A stretch of 64,000 nt of DNA, from the NCBI GenBank assembly GCA_963778655.1, contig CAVZVA010000009.1, positions 224,001 through 288,000 of the forward strand, read 5' to 3'. The stretch's first letter is position 1; the number at the start of each line of letters is the position of its first letter. This document shows, one piece after another, positions 30,074 through 39,739 of this stretch. The DNA comes from an uncultured delta proteobacterium. GTDB taxonomy: Bacteria; Myxococcota_A; Polyangia; Polyangiales; JAFGIB01. The notes beneath the pieces were generated by a model. The model was given only the letters and a program-made list of their open reading frames with translations. It did not search any database and had not been told where the DNA came from. The translations under genes were made by a program, and so were the position numbers.

Positions 30074-30747
30074 GAGCCCCCGCCGTATTGCGCTCGGTAG
30101 GCCGACAGGCGGGCGTAGAGCGCCTCGGTCAGCACTACTTTGCCATCGACCGGCCGGCCCCGTAGGTCGGCCATGATCTCCTCGATCGTGACCAGCGAGA
30201 ACGCAGGCATGCCGAAGCTCTCACGCAATTCCTGCAGGGCGCCGCGTTCTCCCTGGCCGCGCTCCATGCGGTCGACCGCGACCACCAGGCCGGCCAGCTC
30301 GACCTTGGCCGCCATACGCAGCAGCGGCACGCTCTCGCGCACCGAGGTGCCGGCCGTGGTCACGTCCTCGACGATCAGCACGCGATCGCCGTCACGCAGC
30401 TCGTGGCCGACCAAGCTGCCGCCCTCGCCGTGGTTTTTGGCTTCCTTGCGGTTGAAGCAGTAGCCCACGTCCTGCGCGAAGTCGTCGTGCAGCGCCATCG
30501 CCGTCGCCACCGCCAGCGGGATGCCCTTGTAGGCGGGCCCGAACAGCACGTCGAATCCGCCGCCGAGCTGATCGCGAATCGCGCGGGCGTAGAAGCGACC
30601 GAGCGCCGAGATGTGCGCGCCGGTGCGGCAGCGCCCGACGTTGATGAAATACGGCATCTTGCGGCCGCTCTTGCCGGTGAAATCGCCGAACAAGAGCATG
30701 CCGCTGCGCACCAGGAAATCGATCAGCTCGCGCTTGGCGCTCGGCAT
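30070..30747 (-). CDS. pyrE: Orotate phosphoribosyltransferase
   Basis: FGDFTGKSGRKMPYFIN, LFGPAYKGIPL, FNRKEAKNHGEGG, LIVEDVTTAGTS, VDRME. Confidence 0.95.
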   Translation of the reverse strand: MPSAKRELIDFLVRSGMLLFGDFTGKSGRKMPYFINVGRCRTGAHISALGRFYARAIRDQLGGGFDVLFGPAYKGIPLAVATAMALHDDFAQDVGYCFNRKEAKNHGEGGSLVGHELRDGDRVLIVEDVTTAGTSVRESVPLLRMAAKVELAGLVVAVDRMERGQGERGALQELRESFGMPAFSLVTIEEIMADLRGRPVDGKVVLTEALYARLSAYRAQYGGGS

Positions 30748-30898
30748 ACTGGCCGGCGTACTGTAGCCGGCGAAGCCCGCGCAGGGAAAGTCTGGGCGGA
30801 CGATCGCGTGCGGCATGCTATCCTGGCCCGAGCCGCCGCCGGCGACCGCGTCGCCGCTGGCGCTCGAATCGCCGAAGCCGATGGGCGAAGCTGAGCAG

Positions 30899-32098
30899 AT
30901 GCGGTGGGCCTCGGCCCTGTCACAGCGAGTGGACGCACGCCAGGCGCTGGCGGAGGCGTCGGAGGCCGTGTTGCACGCCCTGGGCGGCACGCCCGACCTC
31001 GCCCTGCTGTTCGTCTCTTCCCACTATGCTGAGGTCTTTCCCGCCATTCCTGGCTGGGCGCAGGCGATGCTCTCGCCCCGGCACATGCTCGGCTGCTCGG
31101 CCGGCGGCGTGCTGGGCGGGGGCAGCGAGGTGGAGCGGCGAGAGGCGCTGAGCATCGTTGCAGCGCGCCTCCCCGGGGTCGAGCTCTCGCCCTTTCACCT
31201 CGAGGCCGGCCCGCATCTGCCCTCGCCCGAGGTGTGGAGCGAGCTGACCGGCATGCGCGACGAGCAGGCCGCGGCCTTCGTGCTGCTGGCCGATCCGTTC
31301 ACGCTCGAGATCGAAGCCACGCTCAAGGGTTTGGACGCGGTGTTTCCCTCCGCGCCCAAGGTCGGTGGCCTGGTCAGCGGCGCCGATGCGCCCGGCGAGG
31401 GCTTGCTGTTCTGGGGCGACCGCACGCTCGGCGGCGGCGTGCTCGGGCTCGCGCTGGGCGGCCGCATCGAGCTGCAGAGCGTGCTGGCGCAGGCGTGCCG
31501 GCCGATTGGCGAGCCGATGATCATCACTCGCTGCCGCGATTCGATCGTGTACGAGCTCAACGTCGGCAATCCGGTGCAAGCGTTGCAACGCGTGATCGAA
31601 ACCCTCGACCCGCGCGATCAGGAGCTGTGCCGGCATTCACTGTTTCTCGGCATCGAGCGCGACGGCAGCGCGCATCGCTACGGGCAGGGCGACTTCCTGG
31701 TGCGCAACCTCGGCGGCCTTCAGCCCAGCACGGGCGCGATGGCGGTGGAAGGCCAGTGCCAGAACTACCAGGTGGTTCAGTTTCTGCTGCGCGACCCGCG
31801 CACCTCGACGCAGGACCTGCAGCTGCGCTTGCTGGAGCTGCAACAGCGCGAGCCCACCAGCAGGGCCAAGGGCGCGCTGCTGTTCTCCTGCGTCGGCCGC
31901 GGTCAGGAGCTGTACGGCGTGCCCAATCATGACTCGGACCTGTTCTGCCGCCACATCGGGCCGCTGCCGATGGGCGGCTTCTTCGCCAACGGCGAGATTG
32001 GCTCAACCGGCGGGCACACCTGCCTGCACGGCTATACCAGCGTATTCGGGATCTTCGGCGAGCCCGCCGAGCCCGCAGCGGGCTCCGACCCACGCTAA
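30899..32098 (+). CDS. FIST N/C domain protein
   Basis: PDLALLFVS, LGCSAGGVLG, LADPF, VGGLVSG, QACRPIG, FLVRNL, LLFSCVGRG, GFFANGEIG, LHGYT; alternative start 30881. Confidence 0.92.
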   Translation: MRWASALSQRVDARQALAEASEAVLHALGGTPDLALLFVSSHYAEVFPAIPGWAQAMLSPRHMLGCSAGGVLGGGSEVERREALSIVAARLPGVELSPFHLEAGPHLPSPEVWSELTGMRDEQAAAFVLLADPFTLEIEATLKGLDAVFPSAPKVGGLVSGADAPGEGLLFWGDRTLGGGVLGLALGGRIELQSVLAQACRPIGEPMIITRCRDSIVYELNVGNPVQALQRVIETLDPRDQELCRHSLFLGIERDGSAHRYGQGDFLVRNLGGLQPSTGAMAVEGQCQNYQVVQFLLRDPRTSTQDLQLRLLELQQREPTSRAKGALLFSCVGRGQELYGVPNHDSDLFCRHIGPLPMGGFFANGEIGSTGGHTCLHGYTSVFGIFGEPAEPAAGSDPR

Positions 32099-32129
32099 GT
32101 CAGAGGTCATTTAGGGAGCACCGGGTTGG

Positions 32130-32164
32130 CGTAATCGTAGTCGTCCTACAGGGACGAGAACGAG
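32130..32164. repeat. REP-like repeat, family C (short copy)
   Basis: CGTAATCGTAGTCGTCC-TACAG-GGACGAGAACGAG hairpin containing TCGTAGTCGT. Confidence 0.45.
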
Positions 32165-32191
32165 CTCGGGGATCGTGTACAGTGCGGCGGC

Positions 32192-33688
32192 GTGGCCGGG
32201 CCAGCCGACAGCGTGTCGAGCGACCGCTTCACGCGCTTGGACGCGGGCGTGGCCTTCGCGCTGCTGGCCGGCGCGTGCGCGCTCTACCTCGCGACGCTGT
32301 GCCGCGGCATCTACTGGTACGACAGCGCGGAATACGTGACGGCTGCGGTCACGCTGGGCGTGCCTCATCCGCCCGGCTATCCGCTGTACACGCTGCTGGC
32401 GCACGCCTTCACCTGGCTGCCGCTGCCGCCCGCGCTGGCGGTGAACGCGATGAGCGCATGCTTCGCGGGCCTCGCGGTGGCGCTTTGCTACGCGTGCGCG
32501 CGCGCGCTCGGCGCCGGGCCGGGCGCGGCCGCGGCCGCGGCCGCGCTGCTCGCCAGCGGCCCCAGCTTCTGGCTCAACGCCACCATCGCGGAGGTCTACG
32601 CGCCCGGCTTGTGCGTGAGCTTCGGCGTGCTGCTGCTGTTGCTGCGCGCGCAGGCGCGCGCAGAGCCGCGCCTGTGCGTGCTGGCGGCGGCGCTCGCCGG
32701 GGCCGGCATGGGGGTGCACTACTCGGTGGCCAGCCTGGGCCTGGGCTTCGCGTGGCTCGCGGCCCGACCCGCGCTGGGCGGCGCGCCCGAGCGGCGCGCG
32801 CGCCGCGTGCTCGGCCTGCTCGCGCAGTGCGCGCTCGCGGCGTGCGCCGCATACCTGGCCGCGTTCGCCTATGTGTTGCTGCGCTCCGGAGCCGAGAGCG
32901 CGGTGCCCAACGAGGCGCACCCGTTCGGCTGGCCGCGATTGCTGTGGCTGCTCTCGGGCGGCAATTATCGGCTGTGGCTCACGGCCGGCGGTCCCGCGGG
33001 CGCGCGCGCGCTGCACGTGCTCGGGCTGCTGCGCGACGAGCTCGGCTGGGGCGGCGGCGCCTTCGCCCTGCTCGGCATCGGCCTGCTCGCCCGGCGCGCG
33101 CCCGCGCTCGGCCTGGCCCTCGCCCTGTGCGTGCTCGGCAACCTGGCCTTCTTCCTGCGCTACCGGGTCGACGACCTGCAGGTGTTTCTGCTGCCGAGCG
33201 TGGCGCTGCTGTGTACCTGCGCTGGGGTCGGCGCCGCCGCGCTGGGCCGCGGCCTGCAACAGCTCGCTCCGGCCCGCTTGAAGCCGGGCGCGCTGCCGGC
33301 CTGGTTGCTCGGCGCGCTGGTGGGGGTGCGATTGTGGACCGGATACCCCCAGCGCGATCTGAGCGCGTTCAGCCAGGCCCAGGACTACGCGCAGCGCCTC
33401 GCTGTGCAGCTACCGTACAGGGCGGTTATCCTCAACTATACGACCCCCGAGGAATGGAAGTACGACGCGGTGTTCGGGATGTACTTCCAGCACGTGCTGG
33501 GCGGCCGCCGCGACGTGGTCGTGGTCGCGAACGCGGATCGGCCGGTGCTGAACCGCCTGCTGGCCGAGCAGCGACCGACCTACCTCTACGCGCCCGTGGC
33601 GCACGTGGCCCGAGAGTATCGGCTGGTCCGCGAGGGCGAGCTCTACCGGCTGGTCGCTCGCGTCGCGCCGGCGTCGGGCCCTGAGTGA
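32192..33688 (+). CDS. DUF2723 / TMEM260-like GT-C glycosyltransferase
   Basis: YLATL..WYDSAEY..LGVPHPPGYPLYTLL, FWLNATIAEVY, many TM helices. Confidence 0.88.
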   Translation: MAGPADSVSSDRFTRLDAGVAFALLAGACALYLATLCRGIYWYDSAEYVTAAVTLGVPHPPGYPLYTLLAHAFTWLPLPPALAVNAMSACFAGLAVALCYACARALGAGPGAAAAAAALLASGPSFWLNATIAEVYAPGLCVSFGVLLLLLRAQARAEPRLCVLAAALAGAGMGVHYSVASLGLGFAWLAARPALGGAPERRARRVLGLLAQCALAACAAYLAAFAYVLLRSGAESAVPNEAHPFGWPRLLWLLSGGNYRLWLTAGGPAGARALHVLGLLRDELGWGGGAFALLGIGLLARRAPALGLALALCVLGNLAFFLRYRVDDLQVFLLPSVALLCTCAGVGAAALGRGLQQLAPARLKPGALPAWLLGALVGVRLWTGYPQRDLSAFSQAQDYAQRLAVQLPYRAVILNYTTPEEWKYDAVFGMYFQHVLGGRRDVVVVANADRPVLNRLLAEQRPTYLYAPVAHVAREYRLVREGELYRLVARVAPASGPE

Positions 33689-33909
33689 GCTGCGGCCCGC
33701 GCTCCGGCCCCAACCTTGCGGCGTCTGAACAACCTTCAAGCGGGCGCTTTGCGCGAGCGGAAGCAAACGCCCAGTTGCCGTCGCACGTGCGTGACCGGCG
33801 CTGGGGCGTTTTTCCCCCGGCGGATCTTGACCCGCTGTGGCAACCATTTCATCTTGAGTCACTGGTCCTCGCGCAGCTCGAAGCGCGCGAAACGAAACGG
33901 TGTAGCGGC

Positions 33910-34935
33910 ATGACGACCCACGCGTACGAGCGTCCCGCCGACGAGCGGGTGGACTGGCTCCACAACATTCCCTATCTCACCATCCACCTGATCCCACTGG
34001 CAGCGATCTGGACCGGTTTCACGCGCGCCGACGTGCTGCTGTGCTTGGGGCTGTACTGCGCCCGGATCTTCTTCATCACCGCCGCCTATCATCGCTACTT
34101 CGCCCACCGCTCGTACAAGATGGGTCGGGTGATGCAGTTCTTGATGGCGCTTGGCGGCACCACTGCGGTGCAGAAGGGGCCGCTGTGGTGGGCCGCGCAT
34201 CATCGCCACCATCACAAATTCTCCGATCAGATCGAGGACGTGCACTCGCCGATGAAGGGCTTCTTCTGGAGTCACATGGGCTGGATCATGTGCCGCAAGT
34301 TCCAGCCCACGCAGACCCACCTGATCAAGGACTTCGAGAAGTTCCCGGAGCTGCGCTGGCTCAACAAGTATCACTGGGTGCCGCCCGTGCTGCTGGGCAC
34401 CGCTGTCTTCCTGTGGGGCGGCTGGGGCGCGCTGCTGATCGGCTTCTTCCTGTCGACCGTGATCTGCTGGCACAGCACGTACCTGATCAACTCGATGACC
34501 CATCTGTTCGGGCGCCGCCGCTACGTGACCACCGACACCAGCCGCAACTCGCTGATCCTCGGGCTGCTGACCTTCGGCGAGGGCTGGCACAACAACCACC
34601 ACTACTACCAGTCCTCGGCCAACCAGGGTTTCTTCTGGTGGGAGATCGACCTCAGCTACTACGGCCTCAAGCTGTTGAGCTGGCTGCACCTGGTGCACGA
34701 CCTGCGCAAGCCTCCGGAGCACGTGCTCGTGGCCAACCGCGTCAAGGACGGGCACGCGGACATCGGCATGTTCCAGGCGAACTGGTCCAAGGCCGTGGCC
34801 TATCTCGAGAACGCCAAGGCGCATGCCGGCGAGATCTACGTCGAGCGCCGGCACGCGCTCGACGAGATGGTGGACTCCACCACGCGCGCTGCCCAGCAGA
34901 TCGCCAAGATGGCCCCCAAGCCGGCGGTCGATTAG
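33910..34935 (+). CDS. Acyl-CoA (delta-9) fatty acid desaturase
   Basis: His boxes YHRYFAH, HHRHHH, GWHNNHH; SHMGW, INSMTH. Confidence 0.93.
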   Translation: MTTHAYERPADERVDWLHNIPYLTIHLIPLAAIWTGFTRADVLLCLGLYCARIFFITAAYHRYFAHRSYKMGRVMQFLMALGGTTAVQKGPLWWAAHHRHHHKFSDQIEDVHSPMKGFFWSHMGWIMCRKFQPTQTHLIKDFEKFPELRWLNKYHWVPPVLLGTAVFLWGGWGALLIGFFLSTVICWHSTYLINSMTHLFGRRRYVTTDTSRNSLILGLLTFGEGWHNNHHYYQSSANQGFFWWEIDLSYYGLKLLSWLHLVHDLRKPPEHVLVANRVKDGHADIGMFQANWSKAVAYLENAKAHAGEIYVERRHALDEMVDSTTRAAQQIAKMAPKPAVD

Positions 34936-34942
34936 GCCAGGG

Positions 34943-34973
34943 CCACGCGGGGGCGCGTGCCCCTCTCGATCAC
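34943..34973 (+). repeat. Family B repeat, internally deleted copy
   Basis: CCACGCGG fused directly to GGGCGCGTGCCCCTCTCGATCAC, identical to the 3' end of the 54108-54195 copy. Confidence 0.7.
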
Positions 34974-36049
34974 GAGCCCTCACCCCGCAGGCGTTGCTTG
35001 CGCTCCTCCAGCTCGGTGAGCGTGCGCGGCCAGTCTTGGCGTAGCAGTCGTGACAGTGCGCGATCGGAAAGCAGCTTGCCGCCGGTCTGGCAGGTCGGGC
35101 AGTAGTTGGTCTCGTTGCTGGCGTGCACGATGCGCTGCACCTTGCCGCCGCATGCGGGACAGGGCTGGCCGTAGCGGCCGTGGACCGCCATCTGCGGGCG
35201 AAACGCCGTCACTTTCTCGGGGAAGCCGCCGCCCACCTCCGCGCGCAACCGCGCCAGCCACTGCTGCAGGACGTCGCGACAGGCCTGCAGCAAGCTCGCG
35301 ATCTCCTCCGGCGTCAGCTTGCCCGTGAGCTTGACCGGCGACAGCCGCGCGCGGTGCAGGATCTCGTCGGAGTAGGCGTTGCCGATGCCGCTCAGCAGGC
35401 GCGGATCGGTGAGCGCGCGCTTGAGGGTGTGGCTCTCGCGCGTGAGCGCCTGCGCGAAGGCCTCGGGCGTGCACTCGAAGACCTCGATGCCGCCGGGGTC
35501 GAGCGCCGCAAGCGCCGCGCGGCCCTGCACCAGCCACAGCTGCGTGCGCTTGCGAGACCCGGCCTCGGTCAGCAGCAGCGTGGCCCGGTCGAAGTCGAAC
35601 GCCGCCATGTCGAGCTTACCCGGGATCGGTGCTCCGGCCGGGAGTCGTCCCGCGCCCGGGTGAGGCTGGTCGATGATCGCGTCCGAGGTGGTACTGAGCT
35701 GGGCGCCGGTTGGCGCAGGAAGGGTGGCCCCGCTTTCGAGCAGAGCGACGCCGCCAGCGGCGCCAGATCGGGCGTGAGGACGATCGAGATGATCCGGGCG
35801 GAGGACGAGCTTCAGGCGCCCTGCGATCATCAAGTGCAGCACGAGGAACAGCTCGCTTTCGAGCGCGATCACGATGCGCTTGCCCAGGCGCTCGAACCCC
35901 TCGACCCGGCGTCCGAACGCCGAGCTGAGCGCGGGCTCGGTCGTGCGCAACAGGGCCGGGCCCCGGATCCGCACGTTCTGCAGCGTTGCGCCCCCGAGCT
36001 TGGCCCTCAGGCGCTCGACGTACAGCTCGACGTCCGGCAGCTCAGGCAT
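34970..36049 (-). CDS. Fpg/Nei-family DNA glycosylase/AP lyase with in-frame insertion
   Basis: N-terminal MPELPDVE, RLGKR, LHLMIAG, H2TH LSGIGNAYSDEIL, zinc finger CPAC...YCPTCQ. Confidence 0.92.
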   Translation of the reverse strand: MPELPDVELYVERLRAKLGGATLQNVRIRGPALLRTTEPALSSAFGRRVEGFERLGKRIVIALESELFLVLHLMIAGRLKLVLRPDHLDRPHARSGAAGGVALLESGATLPAPTGAQLSTTSDAIIDQPHPGAGRLPAGAPIPGKLDMAAFDFDRATLLLTEAGSRKRTQLWLVQGRAALAALDPGGIEVFECTPEAFAQALTRESHTLKRALTDPRLLSGIGNAYSDEILHRARLSPVKLTGKLTPEEIASLLQACRDVLQQWLARLRAEVGGGFPEKVTAFRPQMAVHGRYGQPCPACGGKVQRIVHASNETNYCPTCQTGGKLLSDRALSRLLRQDWPRTLTELEERKQRLRGEGS

Positions 36050-36513
36050 GCGTACCGGCCGAGGCTACCTCCAGCGGCGCGGACCCGCACCGATCGCGAC
36101 AAGCGCGATGAGACCGCGACACGAACGTCAGGGCTGGAGCTGGGCCGCACGGACGCGGCAGGCCCAACATTGGGATGCCGGCTGGTCGAACATTGCTGCT
36201 TCCGACCTCACACTCGTCTTGCCTGCCTGCGCGGCGGTCGCGCAGCCACGAGGGAGATCGCCGTCCCGGCGGCGGTCCCGCGGACCGCCTTTGAATAGTG
36301 GCCTGGTCCTTGCGTCGGTGGCGGCGGTCGTGCGTGCGTCGGATCAAGCGCGCGCGCGACCGCGGGACCGATGCAACGAAAGGTGGGACACAGCACGCCG
36401 GGACGAAGTTGCCTGTGCATTGCGGGCTGTGAGACGATGGCCGTCCCCGATTTGTGGGCGCACCCAACGGCGCGGTTCCGATCGTGGGCCGAGCGGGAGG
36501 AAAAGGACTGATT

Positions 36514-37875
36514 ATGACGAGCTTTCAACGTGGGAGTGTGGGACGGCTGGCCGTGCTGCCGTGCTCGCTCGCGCTCGCCGCCGTCGCGGCGGGATGCGAG
36601 CCGGGGCCGACGCGAGCCGAGGCGCAACCGCCGGTTGCTGTCACGCAGCAAGCCAGCACAGTCGACGAGCTCGCCGGGATGTGCGGGCTGAAGTGTCCGG
36701 ACAAAGGAATCGCCGACGGCAACGCCTCGATCTCGGGCGTGGTCTCGGTCGATGCGTTCTTCCAGTCGGTGCTCGACTTCCAGGCCAAGGCCGGAAACGT
36801 GAGCGCCGCGATCGATGCGCAGCTGGCCGCCATCCGCGCGGACTTCGGCATCGCGGCCGGCACCGAGCTGGACGCCGGCATCAAGGCGCAGATCAGCGCG
36901 AACCTCGACGGCGCGCTCACGGTCGAGGCCGAGCCCGCCAAGTGCGCGGTCGATGCGCAGGCCACGCTGCAGGCGCAGGCCAAGTGCGACGCCTCGGTCA
37001 ACCCGGGCAGCGCGATGGTCAAGTGCTCGGGAAGCTGCGAGGTGGACGCAAGCGCCAAGGTGGACTGCGGCGCCGACGCCACGCTCAAGTGCACGGTCAA
37101 CCCACCGATGGGCATGTGCAGCGGCAGCTGCCAGGGCAGCTGCGACGCCAAGATCTCCGGCTCCGCAGCGTGCAGCGGCACCTGTCACGGCAGCTGCAGC
37201 GGGAACTGCTCGGCCTACGTGAAGAACGCAAGCGGACAGGCCGAGTGCTCCGGCAGCTGCGACGGCATGTGCACCGGCAGCTGCGAGGTGCAGCTCGCGG
37301 CCGAGGCCAAGTGCGACGGCACCTGCAGCGGTCAGTGCACCTTCACCCCACCCGATGGCAACTGCGAAGGCGGCATCAAGGCCAGCTGCGAGGCGAAGGC
37401 CAATGCGATGGTCGACTGCAAGGGCCGTTGCGAGGGCGACATCGAGCCCCCTAGCGCCAAGGCCGACTGCAACGCCAGCGCCAAGGCCGAGGCCAAGCTC
37501 AACGTGCAGTGCACGCCGCCGCGGGTGGCGATCTCGTACAAGCTCAAGGCGGGCGTCGACGCCATGGCTCAGGCCCAGTTCGTGGCCGCGCTCAAGAACC
37601 TCGAGGTGCGCTTGCCGGCGCTGCTCGCCGCGATCGGACAGGCCAAGGCCGTGGCCGATGCCGGCGTGGGTTTGGCCGGCGACGGTCAGGCCGCGGTCAA
37701 AGGCGCGATCATGGCCTCCGTGGACGGCGAGGCGAACCTGCAGGCCAAGATCGGCTTGGGCTGCGCGCTCACCGAGCTCGGCGACGTCGCCAGCGCCATC
37801 GATGGCGCGACAACCAGCCTGACGGCAAGCCTCACCGCCGCCGGTAAGATCCAGACCGCTCTGCTGGGTAGCTGA
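36514..37875 (+). CDS. Cys-rich (CxGxC repeat) lipoprotein, paralogue 1
   Basis: AAAGGA RBS; lipobox AVAAGC; CSGSCQGSC, CSGTCHGSCSGNC repeats between helical N- and C-domains. Confidence 0.85.
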   Translation: MTSFQRGSVGRLAVLPCSLALAAVAAGCEPGPTRAEAQPPVAVTQQASTVDELAGMCGLKCPDKGIADGNASISGVVSVDAFFQSVLDFQAKAGNVSAAIDAQLAAIRADFGIAAGTELDAGIKAQISANLDGALTVEAEPAKCAVDAQATLQAQAKCDASVNPGSAMVKCSGSCEVDASAKVDCGADATLKCTVNPPMGMCSGSCQGSCDAKISGSAACSGTCHGSCSGNCSAYVKNASGQAECSGSCDGMCTGSCEVQLAAEAKCDGTCSGQCTFTPPDGNCEGGIKASCEAKANAMVDCKGRCEGDIEPPSAKADCNASAKAEAKLNVQCTPPRVAISYKLKAGVDAMAQAQFVAALKNLEVRLPALLAAIGQAKAVADAGVGLAGDGQAAVKGAIMASVDGEANLQAKIGLGCALTELGDVASAIDGATTSLTASLTAAGKIQTALLGS

Positions 37876-37903
37876 GCAGCCCCGGGAACCAGGAGAACCA
37901 CGG

Positions 37904-39244
37904 ATGATTTCCATGAACTATCGACGGATGGGGCTGATGCTGGCCGCGGCTTGCTTGCTGGTGAGCTGCGGTAAGAACGGCGGGCTGCCCGGATTGGGCG
38001 ACGGCGGGATCCCAGGCGTGGGAGGCGTGATCGAAGACCTGGCCAAGCAGTGCGGCATCGACGTGAGTTGCAGCAAGGGCATCGCCCAGGGCAACGCCTC
38101 GATCTCGGGCGTGGTCTCGGTCGACGCGTTCTTCCAGTCGGTGCTGGACTTCCAGCTCAAGGCCGACAACGTGAGCGCGGCCATCAACGCCCAGATCGCC
38201 GCGATCCGCGGCGACTTCGGCATTGCGGCCGATGCCAACCTCAAGACCGAGCTGCAGGCGCAGATCAGCGCGAACGTCGAGGGCAGCCTCACGGTGAAGG
38301 CCGAGCCGGCGCAGTGCTCGGTCGACGCCCAGGCGACGCTGCAAGCCCAGGCCCACTGCGATGCCTCGATCGACCCCGGCAAGGCGACGGTGCAGTGCAT
38401 GGGCAGCTGCGAGGTGGACGCCAGCGCCAAGGTGGACTGCGGCGCGAACGCCGACCTGGTCTGCACCGTCACCCCGCCCATGGGCAAGTGCGACGGCATG
38501 TGCAAGGGCAGCTGCGAGACCATGCTGAGCGGCGCCGCCAAGTGCGACGGCGTGTGCAAGGGCAGCTGCGACGGCAACTGCTCGGCGTACTCCGACAGCG
38601 CAGGCACGCAGTGCGCCGGCACCTGCGACGGCATGTGCACAGGCAGCTGCGACGTGCAGCTGATGGCCGAGGCCAGTTGCTCCGGCACCTGCAGCGGTGA
38701 GTGCAACATCACGCCGCCCAGCGGCATGTGCACCGGCGGAGCCAGCGCGCACTGCGACGCGAAGGCCGGCGCGATGGTGGATTGCAAGGGCACCTGCGAG
38801 GGCGACATCCAGCCGCCCAAGGCCAAGGCCGAGTGCGAAGCCAGCGCCAAGGCCGAGGCCAAGCTCAACGTGCAGTGCACCCCGCCGCGCGTCGAGATCG
38901 CCTATCAGCTCAAGGCAGGGGTCGATGCGATGGCCCAGCTCAAGTTCCAGGCTGCGATCAACAACCTGAAGGTGCGACTGCCCGCCCTGCTGGCTGCGCT
39001 CGGGCAGGCCAAGGCGGTGGCGGACGCGGGCGTGGGGCTCACCACCGATGCCAAGGGCGCGGTCCAGGGTGCGGTGAAGGCCTCGGCGGACGCCGCCGGC
39101 ATGGGCGATCTGCGCGTGCTCTTCGGCTTGAAGTGTGCGCTCGGCCAGCTCGGCGCGGTGCAGGGAGCGATCGGCGACTCGGCCGCCGGCTTGACCGCCA
39201 GCATCAAGGCGGCCGGCGACGTGACCGCGGGGCTGGGCATGTAG
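37904..39244 (+). CDS. Cys-rich (CxGxC repeat) lipoprotein, paralogue 2
   Basis: AGGAG RBS; lipobox LLVSC; colinear with upstream gene, shares GNASISGVVSVDAFFQSVLDFQ and ASAKAEAKLNVQCTPPRV. Confidence 0.88.
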   Translation: MISMNYRRMGLMLAAACLLVSCGKNGGLPGLGDGGIPGVGGVIEDLAKQCGIDVSCSKGIAQGNASISGVVSVDAFFQSVLDFQLKADNVSAAINAQIAAIRGDFGIAADANLKTELQAQISANVEGSLTVKAEPAQCSVDAQATLQAQAHCDASIDPGKATVQCMGSCEVDASAKVDCGANADLVCTVTPPMGKCDGMCKGSCETMLSGAAKCDGVCKGSCDGNCSAYSDSAGTQCAGTCDGMCTGSCDVQLMAEASCSGTCSGECNITPPSGMCTGGASAHCDAKAGAMVDCKGTCEGDIQPPKAKAECEASAKAEAKLNVQCTPPRVEIAYQLKAGVDAMAQLKFQAAINNLKVRLPALLAALGQAKAVADAGVGLTTDAKGAVQGAVKASADAAGMGDLRVLFGLKCALGQLGAVQGAIGDSAAGLTASIKAAGDVTAGLGM

Positions 39245-39287
39245 CCCCGCCCGCAGGCTCGCTGCGCTCGCGCGAGCCACACACGAA

Positions 39288-39321
39288 GGCGGCGCGCCCT
39301 CAAGCGGGGCGCGCCGTTTTC
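39288..39321 (+). terminator. Rho-independent terminator
   Basis: CGGCGCGCCCT-CAAGC-GGGGCGCGCCG stem followed by TTTT, downstream of the lipoprotein pair. Confidence 0.7.
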
Positions 39322-39391
39322 AATTGCGGGCGCAGCGCGAGCGGGATCCGGTGCGGGTCGGACAACGGTCGAGGTGAACACCGGCGTGCGT

Positions 39392-39739
39392 TCAGCGCCG
39401 GCACCAGTCGCCGCCCGGGAGCACCGGTTGGCCCTGCGCGCGCGCGGCCGGTAGCACGTATCCAACCACGTCGTGGCCGGCGACCCGCAGCTGCACGCGC
39501 TGATAGACCTCGGGTGCCTCCTCGTAGCGATCGAGGGCCTCCAGCAGGCCGGGGTCGAGCTCGTAGATCTCGCCGACCACCGCCGTGCTGCCGCCCTCGA
39601 TCAACGCCGGGTAGCCTCCCATGTCGACCAGGGTGAAGCACGGCTCGGTGCGGGCGTGCAGCAGCATGCGGGCGCCCTTGAGCAAGCCGTGAGCCTGCTC
39701 GCCCGAGCGCAGCGTTCCGTAAGCAAACAACTTGATCAC
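39392..39739 (-). CDS. Gamma-glutamylcyclotransferase (AIG2/GGACT-like)
   Basis: 3' end of ORF 39392..42433 from GTG: IKLFAYGTLRSG, YPAL, VVGEIY, LDRYEE, GGDW. Confidence 0.88.
   Translation of the reverse strand: MIKLFAYGTLRSGEQAHGLLKGARMLLHARTEPCFTLVDMGGYPALIEGGSTAVVGEIYELDPGLLEALDRYEEAPEVYQRVQLRVAGHDVVGYVLPAARAQGQPVLPGGDWCRR

Noticed and set aside
35645..35806. Intein or intron in the Fpg-like gene
   Set aside because: Too short, no Cys/Ser start or His-Asn end, no recognisable group I/II structure.
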